From positions 14,570,001 to 14,634,000 of the forward strand of contig JBHGNT010000006.1 of assembly GCA_043228905.1 (NCBI GenBank): DNA of 64,000 nt. The letters run 5' to 3'. Source of the DNA: Azolla caroliniana (taxonomy: Eukaryota > Plantae > Polypodiophyta). The notes beneath the pieces are model-generated. The model was not told the DNA's origin and did not search any database. It saw only the letters and a list, made by a program, of their open reading frames with translations. How positions within the stretch are numbered: position 1 is the first letter of the stretch; every line of letters begins with the position of its first letter. A program made the position numbers and the translations under genes. Positions 49,001 through 59,622 of this stretch are shown in pieces.

Positions 49001-50989
49001 CACGTTCACTTCTTCCAGGCATAATCGGGCATTCATTAGGTACAACGTGTTCACCTTCCGGGCCCGAACCACAATCAGGCTCCCTTTGCTGAACTTCATA
49101 ACATCATTCCGGATGCTACTCATGTAGCCTTCATCATCTAGCTGACCGGCTGATATCAGGTTCAGTCGAACCTCCGGAACGTGTCAGACATCCTTCAGCA
49201 GCAGCTTGCATCCGGTTGGTGTTGTCAACCACACGTCTCCTATGCCGAAAATTCGGCATGTACCTTCATTCCCCGTCCGGACACAGCCGTGATCATCGGC
49301 TGAGTAGGATGAGAAGCATTTCCGGTCCGGGGTAAGGTGGAACGACGCTCCGGAATCGACCACCCAGGTCATCTCGTTGCCAACAAGGTTTAGCTCACTC
49401 TCCTCAGTGATGAGCATCAACTCTTCTTCACTTGCCGTGATTGCTGTCATTCCCTTCCGGTCCGGCCCCCTCCGGTCTTTACCGTTTCAGTCCAGTGTCC
49501 GCTTCGAATCGGTACCGTCGGTTTCCTTGTCTTTTCGGAAGTGCCGACAGTTCTTCTGGAAGTGTCCCGGCTTGCCGCAATAGAAGCAGGTAGGCCTCCC
49601 CCTTGACTTTGATCGTGTCCCCGACTTCTCCCAGTTTTGGGGACTACGATTCCTTTGTCTTCCGCGTTCCGATTCGGTAATGAGCGCTTTGGAGTCGGAG
49701 ATCGTATCCTTGTCTTTCCGACACGCCTCCTCATCTAGCAAGCTCAACTTCACTCTTGCTAGGGATAATTGTTTCCCTTCCGGCCCGGCGTTGCCCAAAG
49801 TGACAACCAACGTCTCCCAGCTATCTGGGAGGGAACCGAACAAGAGTAGTGCTAGTACCTCAGCGGCGAGAGGTACTTCTAATGATGTTGCATGGTGTAT
49901 CAGCCCCTAGAAGGCATTCATGTGCTCCATCATGCTAGAGCCATCTTGGTACCGGAGTCTTACTAGCTTCCGAAATACCGAAACCTGATTAACAACATTT
50001 TTGTTCTAAAACATAATGTCGATCTTCTCCCAGAGCTCATGAGCCTTGCTCTCTTCATTGAAGTTGTTGTATAGACTCATGTCGATGAAGCACCGTATGT
50101 ATACCGTTGTCTTCATGTGCATCACCTCCCATATTGTGGCATCGATTTTGTACGGTCTCTTGTCCCCGAACTGAACCGGCAACCAAAGATCTTTAACCAC
50201 GTGCATGTCCCTCATCTTTGACTTCCACACTAAATAGCTGGAGCCGGTGAGATTGAACATGCCTCCCAACGAATCGTCCATTTTTCTATGTCGTTTCGCT
50301 CTGATACCAGTTTGAAAGGAATACCGTTCCTTAAGCTATGCTCGGCTACAACCGAAACGTCGGATCAAGCACAGAAAACAGGGATGTGGTGAGATGTATT
50401 TATGCATGAAACAGTAAAGAAGAGAGTGCACTGGAAAACCCAAATCTGGGAAAAACCATGGCAGCCCTCATACTACAAAATATCACTATATCAAGATTAC
50501 AACAATGGGGCACAGAGGCAATGACCTCTAGCTCCCTCGCTTCGCCATCAGGCGGTTCCAATAGAGGCAACAACCTCTTCTTCTCTCTCTCTCTTCTCTG
50601 TACACGGTTACGCTCTGAATTATCGCCACAACGATAATAACACAACCAACTCTACATCATACAATTAAGTTTTCCGTAGGTCATATTTATACTAATATGA
50701 CTTTCGGGTTATTTACAAATATAGCCCCAGTGGGCTCTCTCTGGAACATATTTACATATATGTCCCTTCATTCGGTGAGACGTTCTCACCGGGTCTTCCG
50801 TTGCCGGGTACTCCACATCCGGTTCTCACCGGGTCTTCCATTGCCGAGTACTCCACATCCGGTTCTCACCGGGTCTTCCGTTGTCGGGTACTCCACATCC
50901 GGTTTCGGCCTTAGCCTATCGGCCTCGGCCGAGTTGCTCATCAACGTTGTTCTTCTCACTTCCCATCCGGAGGGACCTGTTTCCTAACA
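46024..50989 (-). mobile_element. Ty1/Copia element F, degenerate, 3' LTR partly deleted
   Basis: 5' LTR 50313-50989 (with three ~40-bp repeats at ~50782-50905); partial LTR 46024-46443; TSD TAACA; PBS at 50298-50309; CFYCGKPGHFQKNC, WVVDSGASFH, NGLAER, QLDVKT.FLHG, YMDDML. Confidence 0.93.
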
Positions 50990-52056
50990 TAACATTCATT
51001 CATAAAAAGAAATATCATATTTCCTAGTACTATAGCACACAACGCGAATCTAATCAAACATTATTTTTTAGGATTAAAACCGGTTAGATACCATATGTAA
51101 TAACCAAGATCATTAATCCTAAAATAAAGACATAAGGGACACAATCATACTGAAAATACGCGTTACCACCCATCTGACCCCGCGCCAGAGTCGACAGCAC
51201 AAATGAGGAATCCTGATCTGTCCCATACTAGCCAGGATCTCCACGTTAGGACCTTTGTAGATGACTAGTCCACATCAAAGAGAGCTTCGTCGGAACCACT
51301 CATGGGGCTCCCGCCGACTAAGATGAGTATCCCCTATTTATAAGACCTAGGCCATGTAATTACATCTACTTGACCATTAGGTCAGTCCAATAAATCCGAT
51401 AACTCAGATATTACAGTATGATAGCCCCCAAATAAGTGCATCTAAACCAATGAACAATATATGTCCTACCGAACACTATTTATACAAGTCCTTAAAAGGA
51501 TTGACAGAAGTACTTACAAGTACTTCAATGCTCATAGGAGCGACTAATACTAACTCCAAGGAATATGCTTACGTACTAGGCTCAAACCGTAGGCTCCAAC
51601 GGACTACCGGTTCTCACTGTTCCGGAGTATGATCCGGTTCTCCGGTCCGGCTCTAGGTTCTGAGTACCAATCCGGTTCCCCGTTCTAGATAACGATCTGG
51701 CTCCGTCTTATTCAGTCGATCCAGATACGGTTGAGCTTGCCTGGTTAACACTCCCCCTCAAGCTCAACTTGAGGTCGGATCGCTATGTGTGTCCACCAGT
51801 CCTTTCCTCCAGCTCCTCCTGGTGTCTTCCCACCTTGCTCGCGCTCCTTGACTCATCTGGTCCCACGCACCTGGACCTTCTCGGTGGGTTGTTGTCTCAT
51901 AAGGCGCTTCTCAACTCCTTCACTATTGCGACTTAGGCGCTTCTCGACCCGTCGGTCCCTCCATGTCGGTGTCGACTTCCGTTCCCTCCTCGTCCATTTG
52001 GTCTTCTGTTGATTTGGCTCCTCCAAATCAAACTGCTCTTCAGAATGAATTGCCTC

Positions 52057-52790
52057 CTATTCGTTCCAACTCTTGTTCGAATTGGCTGTCTCTAATTCTT
52101 CTTCAACCTTAAGGCCCTTCACCACGTCGACCCACGTCCAGTCAGCTCTGTCATTCATGACTCTGTTGCCATCACCGCTTGTTTCGACTTGTTTGGACAT
52201 GCAGACTTCTTCAGTCGACTCGGCTTCCTTCTTCTTGTTGTCTCCCCCTGCTTCATCTGTTTCCTTCTCTCTGGTTGCTTGTCCAATGCCTTTCCCGGTT
52301 TTCCCAGTTCCCGTTCCACTTTCTTCCTTGCTCCCCCTCAAATGCGGCATGTCGAGATGTTGAAGACCAAGCATCTCCGAAAAGTGTAGCAACTTGTCTA
52401 GGTCGACCGGTTTGGTGAAGATGTCGGGAGTCTGTTGAGCCATCGGAACATACACAATTTCGACTTCACCGAAGAGGACACGCTCACAGAAAAAATGGTA
52501 GTGTACCTCAATGTGCTTGGTCCGGGTGTTGAAAACGGGATTCTTTGCCAGCTGGATGATGTTGAGGTTATCGCAGTAGATCGTTGTCGGATCTGACGCC
52601 TCCACCTATAGATCCTTTAGGAGCCTCTTGAGCCATATGGTTTCGCATGTCGCTCCTCGATACTTGACCTCTGTGTTCAACAGTGCTACCACCGATTGCT
52701 TCTTACTACTCCAAGTGACTGTGGGGCTTCCAAGTGAAAACACATATCCGGATGTAGACCTATGGTCGTCGACGTTTCCAGCCCAATCAG
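52057..52790 (-). pseudogene. Copia RNase H remnant with K/E/T-rich tail
   Basis: IYCDNL..IQLAKNPVFN.RTKHIEVHYHF...PDIFTKP; breaks off abruptly at ~52793. Confidence 0.9.
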
Positions 52791-52841
52791 CACTGGGTTA
52801 CGCGCCCGTTTACGCACCCAATGTTGAGCTTGTATCTCAAC

Positions 52842-53736
52842 AAAATATCCGCAAATAGAGAAGATGGTTAAGGACTTTGTGGAGCTGACCCTAGCACCAT
52901 TATGACGTATTGTTATATTTGACAGTATGGGTTAGGCATTATTGGTCATGACTGCATTGAAGTCGAGATGCCATGCCACCGAACATATGCATTGGTAAGC
53001 ATTATGTTACTATATATTTAATGTATGGATTCTATGTTGCTTACTACATATTTATTAACTTGTTTTGATTCAATTATAAAATAGGGTTAAAACGAACATA
53101 ACTTGTACCCCAGGTGATCGAATGGTGAGCGTTGTGGAGCACATTTACGTGGGCTACTACGAGGCAATTTCTAAGAAGAAGGCTCCAACACATGTTAATG
53201 AGCGGAATGTTGTCAACTATATCATGTGCCCAGTTGTAATGAAGAAATTGTGCCACGTGTCTAGGGATATGAGTTTAGTAAGCCCTAACAATTGATTAAT
53301 CGATTAGTCAAGTTGTTCTCAAACCCTGATGATTGGGTCCTCGACTTATTTTCTAGAACAGGTAATCTCATAAGTTTCATCAATTTTTTTTAAAATGAAA
53401 TATTATTTCTTGTCTTGTTTTCTTACTTTTGTATGTGTGATTGTTTATTTGGGAACGACAACTGCATGTGCTCTTAAACTGTTCAGGAACTGCGTCACAT
53501 TAGAAAAGGACCCTGACCAAGTCAATTTTATTAAAATGAGGATCCAAGGCATCTGGGATTGTCCCGACCAGAACCAAGAGCCGATGGAACCTATAGACGA
53601 GCAAGGAGGTGACTTGTCGACCTTGAAGATGCATCGGGTTCTTATCATATACAAGATTCAGCTGAGGAGACATAACATGTTGATGCAGCACCATTGTCAG
53701 CTAATCTTGGAGAGCAGCTTGTTCCAGACCTCCTAA
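52842..53736 (+). pseudogene. C-terminal part of a beta-class DNA N6-adenine/N4-cytosine methyltransferase (N6_N4_Mtase-like), 3 exon remnants
   Basis: Spliced reading MHW|VKTN...RMVSVVEHIYVGY...LINRLVKLFSNPDDWVLDLFSRTG|TTTACALKLFRNCVTLEKDPDQVNFIKMRI; introns 52995-53084 and ~53362-53452. Confidence 0.75.
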
Positions 53737-55019
53737 TGGAGTGATTGTATATTAGTTTGTATTTGTAACTATAAAATTGTAACACTAAACTTGTTTTGGA
53801 ATATAAGATTATTTTGTTTGAGTACCATTTCTTTACACTATCTTATTGGTTTGCAAACTTTAAGTGTCTAACATATATTTGTATTGGCTGACTTGCAAAG
53901 TATGTGGTTGTTAAGTATAATTTTTATTGAATAAATGATGATGAACTTATCGATTGTATGACAAATGTTGGTTATAATTGTTTCTTTATTAATATAATTG
54001 AATTTAGCTTTATTCTAGGATTTCTGAGGTCTTTAATCTTGGTTATTTAGTTTCGAGTGTACAGAATAATATTACGTCAACGTTGTTGCTCACTTGATCT
54101 TATATTTAGGTTGTTCATATATGATTGGGATATAATGTTCGTAGAAGTTTTTGGGCATGTGAGGTATATAATATGATATTCACTTGTGAATATGTGTCTA
54201 ATTATACCCAAAAATGCAATTTGCTCATTTAATATAACAAGCTTTATAGGAGTTAGAGAGAAATATAGCATTAAAATTGTGTTTCTAAAATTGTTCAATT
54301 GGATTCAAATTCAACATTATGTAAAATGAAGCATATTACAATGATAGTTGAAAGCATTCTCGTAATCCAAGTGAATGTCTAGCTAAATATGTGTATGAAT
54401 TGAGAAAATATAGGTTAAATTTGAAATCTTGATAATATTAATTGTGTTTTTTATTGATGTCTTTAAAAGTCATGTGTGCATGCATGATACATTCTTGAAG
54501 GTTTGTTAAAAAATTGTAATTCTTGACATCTCATGTATTTATCAATAAATGAATGAGACATATTACATGTTCTAATGACCCGGTGTTTTGTGCATATTTT
54601 AAAAAGCACACCCCACTGAATAAGTGACTTCTTCTAATTATGTGTGTATATTTATATATAATATATCTTAAAGCAAATTGTGAACCTTGCAATTAAGAGA
54701 TACTACTATGTTAAGAGAAAAATTCCATTGACACGTGATACATGACATCGTCAATGTATAAATAAACTAGTCTACAATAACATTCCAATCATACAAGTAA
54801 ATGATAGAGTATAATGTTATCTCCCATATGCCCTAAACGACAGAGGAAACTTTAGGCAACATGTACACATACAAATTATACTTAAGCTCTAAGTTCAATG
54901 AGTGTTACATGAAAATTATAAATAAGCTCAACTTATATATTATGTCAAAATTTAACAATTCATATTGTTCAAATTTCACAATAAGCCATATGCATTCTAT
55001 CCAATAATAAGTCTGGTAA

Positions 55020-57267
55020 AGATGGCTCTTCAATATTAGCTCTTTCATTAGGATTATCCTCAGTCGGTACGCTCAGTTGAATGGTTAGTATGTTCAGACT
55101 CTGTCACATCTTCTAAATCAACAAGGTTCCCTGCTTCTTCATCTATAGGTTCCATAGGTTCTCTAGAAGTCATCTGGAACATCTCAGTTTCATTGATATG
55201 CTTTGCCCCAACTTCTTGGTCTTTGATTAGGACAATCCCAGATATTTTGGATCCTCATTTTGATGAAATTAACCTACTTAGGGTCCTTCTCTAATGCAAC
55301 AGAGTTCCTGAACATCTCTAAAGTGCGTGTTGTAGTAGTACCAAACAGTAGAATGAAAATTGCACATGTAACATCAAACTGAAAAATAGACTATACGTTA
55401 ATCTAAATTGGTGTGATAAGTTTTATATTATATACCCGTGACAGAAAACAAATCTAAACCCCAATCATTAGGGTTTGCAAACAGCTCTATTAGGTGGTTG
55501 ATTAGTCTTTGTGGTTTTTGTTAATGGTTCACCAGGTTCTTATCGCCAGATACATGACATAGCTTCTTTGTTACAACTAGGCACATGATGTAGTTTACAA
55601 CATTTCTTTCTTTGACATGTGTGGGGGGCCTTCTTCTTTGTAATTGCATTGTAGTACCCCACACAAAGATGTTCAACCGTAGCAATAATTCGATCAACCG
55701 GACTATGTGTGATATTAGTTTAATCCTATTAACATCATATGATCGTGTTAAGAATACAGTTTGCAGCATATTAAACAACATTTATAATAGTAAATCAAAT
55801 TAACTTGTATATGTTGATGTCCATGCATGTTCGAGTTCCTCCATGTTAGCAATGACAATTGCTTCATCGTCAGTTCTTGGATCTTCATGTGTACTTTATG
55901 GCTAACAACCAAAGAAATTACGGGTCAATCGCGGTAAGAAAACAAGAAACCAATCAAAGAAGAACCTATGAATAATACTTATTTCTGAAATTAAGTGACC
56001 ATCTCATCCAAGCTAAACTCCTTGGCTACTACTCGTGAAAGTACAGAATTAATAACCTTTCGTCTTTAATGCCTTGTAAAGACCACCAAGGGAGTAGCTT
56101 CATATCTTCGGGGAGTTCCTCAATAATCAAATCACTTTTACATAATTTTGACTTCATTTCCACCTATGGATCGAGTTTGGCCTTCTTTGACCGTTGTCCT
56201 TTCACCTCTTTCTACTCCCACATGCTAAATATTTTGTCTTGCAATTCCCAAACCTCCCCTGTTCTAAAGGCTAATTGAAACCACGAGCCATATTTCCTCA
56301 ATCCTTTCGACCTTGTGCTTTCATCAACCGCTATACCCACCTCCAATAGACATTGTCGATGCAAATTTGGATGTATCCTGGGACCAAATCTTTGCAATAC
56401 ATTGAGGTGCTCGTAGTGAAAAAATCTTATTCGCTTGATCCAAGACATCTTTTGTCTATAATCATTATCATTAATGTGGTCCCAGGCTAATAACTTGGCC
56501 TCTTCATGTGTAAGACCGGCGTAGACTTTGCATTCTGCATATTTGAAGAATGGGGTCAGAGGATATTCTTTCACGAGTTGTCGTCGGGGTTCAGCCGAAT
56601 GTGATCCTCCAATAGCGTAGTAAGTATAGTCATCAATTGAACTATACTTGAAATTAGCAGTGGTGGGGCATTGGTCAGGATCCATCGTTACCCAGAAAGG
56701 TACCACTAGGGCATGCATATTAATCTTCATTTTACTCTTAAGGTTTTTCACGTTCACAACATGTGGCTCTTGAATTTCTAATGGTCATCTCCCTGTCAGA
56801 AGATTTTTTGGCGGCCTTTGAATCGAACTTATAGGCAAATGAAAAAGCTAGCCTTTATGTACCAGTTTTGTCCTTGGAATGTTCTCTCTAATAGCATTTT
56901 GCTCAAACGATAAAATGCATGATGACATTTGGCCTCTTGGAGCAACAACTTCAATTTGTTGCTCCTCCGCGTCTTCCTCCTTTACGAACTCTAGCATCTC
57001 TTGTTTATCTTCATCAGGTTTTGGTCGTTTTTTATACCTTTTATGTTCGAGATTTCACTTATGAGACTTCTTCGGAGGCGTCTCTGCCTCTCTAACCATT
57101 AGCTCCCCAGTAACATAAGGACAAAGAGCAACAATTAGGTTGATGTTCGTTTGTATGTCCTTTTGGAAAATTTTGGGGCTACAACCCTCAGCCACCATGT
57201 TTCCTTCATCAACGAGTACCCGCCTAGTCCCATTCGAGATTATTACATCAAGGACGAGATTAGGCAT
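55020..57267 (-). pseudogene. ParB/Srx-like N-terminal domain followed by a beta-class N6/N4 methyltransferase C-terminus
   Basis: FHLPISSIQRP...VKNLKSKM...YYAIGGSHSAE.RRQL...CKVYAGLTHEEAKLLA (56212-56880); QKPQRLINHLIELFANPNDWGLDLFSVTG|TTTTRTLEMFRNSVALEKDP (55520-55280); stops, frameshifts and a missing middle. Confidence 0.7.
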
Positions 57268-58240
57268 GTTACCGTACGGGATGCATGGGAGATGTAGAGT
57301 GTGATGAGGGAGGGTCGAATGTTATAATGTTGTTCATGTGTATGTGTAAATGTAATTGTGAGTGTGACTTGATGTGTATGTGTACACATGTGTGCATGTG
57401 GACGGATATGAAGAGGTGTGATTGAGTGATTAGTATGAATGGACAAGGGGGCTTGCACCCCTGTGTATCTACCCTTTTGTAACTATTTAACCCCTTATGG
57501 GAATGAAGGAATAGTTCTCTCTCAATCTCTTTCTCTTGTCATCTCTCCCTCTCTCTGTCCCTTACGTCCACCCCACAATGCTTCTCAACATCTTCCACAT
57601 CCCCATCCCTATCACTACCTTATTATCATCATAATCATCATCCCTAACCCTAAAACCTATAAGAAGGCAAGTCACTATCTTCGTACTCAACATTCCGAAG
57701 TCTACCATATGTGAAGCTCTTGCCTAAATCCATTTTCCCCTTTCCTTTCGACTTTGCAAATATTAGGAGTAACACTCCTTCCTCAACGTAAACCAAACTC
57801 CTAGAATGGCTCCACCCCCCTCCCAAGGGGGTTCAACATAAGGGAGAGAGAGAGAGAGAGAGATGACAAGAGAAAGAGATTGAGTGAGAACTATTCATTC
57901 ATTCCTTATTCATTCCCCATAAGGGGTTAAATAGTTACAAAAGGGTAGATACACAGGGGTGCAAGCCCCCTTGTCCATTCATACTAATCACTCACTCACA
58001 CCTCCTCGTATCTATCCACATGCACACATGTGTGCATGTGTACACATACACATCGAGTCACACTCACAATTACACTTATACATTTACACATACATATTAA
58101 CAACATTATAGCATTCGGCCCTCCCTCATCACACTCTACATCTCCCGTACATCCCATATGGTAACACACCTAATCTCGTCCTTGATGTAGTAATCTTGAA
58201 TGGAACTAAATAGATACTCATTGATGAAGGAAACCTGGTG
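57193..58240. repeat. Long imperfect inverted repeat: arms 57193-57564 and 57839-58240, 274-bp spacer
   Basis: For example GAATGGACAAGGGGGCTTGCACCCCTGTGTATCTACCCTTTTGTAACTATTTAACCCCTTATGGG is matched by its reverse complement at ~57916-57980. Confidence 0.92.
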
Positions 58241-59100
58241 TCTAATGCAGACCAAACATTGACAGCCAGAGACAACGCTGGAAAGACACGACTGGATGCA
58301 CCAAGCATGGACAACCGCAAAGGCACTACTGAAACGGACCGTAAGGACATGGTTGAACCAGAAAAATAAAAGACACAACCAAACCGGAGAAGCTGGGCCG
58401 CACAGGCACAGACAGAGATGAACGACACGGATGAAAAGCAACCGAAATGGCTAATGAATGATGACAAACAATGTCGGATAATAGAAACGACGAAGTAGCA
58501 GAAGGAAAGGAGCAACAAAGATGATTCATAAGAAACATCAAAAAATGAAAGGAAGAAGAAGAAGTAGAAGATGTGAAAGAAGAAATAGAGCAAGAAGAGA
58601 AGAAGAAGTAGAAACAGAGAGAATGAAGAAGAAGAGAAGAAAGAGAAGCAGCAACGGCAACAGAAGAAGAAGAAGAAAACACATAAGGAGATAGAAAGGC
58701 GGGAGACAAAAAAAGAGATAGAATCAAAGAAGAAGAAAACAATAACACAAAAAGAGGGGGAAAAAGAAAAAACCCTAAGGGCATTGTTGGAATTTTAAAA
58801 AATATATAAAAAATCATGAAGGTAAATATTGTGGTATTACCATGAACATTTAACCAAGGTCCCATGTAACTAGGGTCACATTGACCGTACCTAAATCAGG
58901 GGTCAATCAACTCCCCGTAATTAGGGAAACTCCCCATAACTGATGAGAGCGGGAAAACACCCGCCAGGCTACATGCCTATAAGATGTAACTCCAACTTAA
59001 TGGAATATGGGGTGGATAAATCGATTATTCAGAGCACTTCACATCCTGGTGGAGAAGATGGGCATAGTAGCCCCAACTCCCGACCCCCACAACACACACC

Positions 59101-59622
59101 ATGATGCAACACGACAACAACATCGGCAACACAAACTCCATGAGTCCAGAATTCTTGATGCAACAAACTCAAGAACATCAACACTCATCGCCAATCGACC
59201 AACTTGTTCAGGCAATTTCTAGTATTATTTTACAAGTTAACCATACTAACCAAGTCATGTTGTCATTCCTCGCAGCGCGATCCGAGCGACAACAGAATCT
59301 CCTGGAGCCCCGAGTTCACCCAAAACCATTTTCCGGCCTACCATCAGAGGACGTCCTCTCTTGGCTGGATCATTTCGACATGGTGGCCAGTTACCACCAG
59401 TGACCACACCCACGGAAGGCAATGGAAATGAAGACACTCCTCGAGAATATCGCAGCAACATGGCTCGTGCAACAACCCAAGGAGAAACACAATGTCTGGG
59501 AACCTATTACGGGCAGCCATGATTCGGAATTTCAGACATCAAGACTCCCATCAGACAACCCTACAACAACTCGAATCAATCGCCCAACAGCCACGCGAAC
59601 CCATCACCCAGTTCGTGGTTCA
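59101..59622 (+). pseudogene. Gypsy-type gag fragment, interrupted by Copia G
   Basis: PKPFSGLPSEDVLSWLDHFDMVASYHQ*...LLENIAATW...Q.PRE.I..F. Confidence 0.7.

Larger units (their letters stand above)
742..51461 (-). mobile_element. Ty3/Gypsy chromovirus-type LTR retrotransposon (element A), degenerate, hosting ~44 kb of nested insertions
   Basis: LTR pair 742-1133 and 51096-51461 (clearly diverged); TSD TGTCC at 737-741 and 51462-51466; Met-type PBS remnant (AGATACCA, 51086-51093); PPT complement at 1134-1144; integrase HPQLDGQTE|RVNKILEDML rejoins across 40174/1896. Confidence 0.9.
578..52793 (-). mobile_element. Old truncated Ty1/Copia element (outermost host); 3' LTR split into 578-741 and 51467-51750
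   Basis: TGTAAAAGATAATGTGCGGAAGC at 578 resembles the start of the Copia LTR at 9703; the LTR resumes after the TGTCC TSD and ends ...GGTTAACA at 51750; PPT complement CTCCCCCT at 51751; RNase H follows. Confidence 0.7.

Noticed and set aside
52791-52800. CACTG as the left end of a CACTA element carrying the MTase genes
   Set aside because: No matching right TIR or 3-bp TSD found, and coding-like sequence starts within ~50 bp; more likely a deletion junction
58129-58865. Hydrophobic minus-strand ORFs as membrane proteins
   Set aside because: They are the antisense reading of a GAA-rich low-complexity tract
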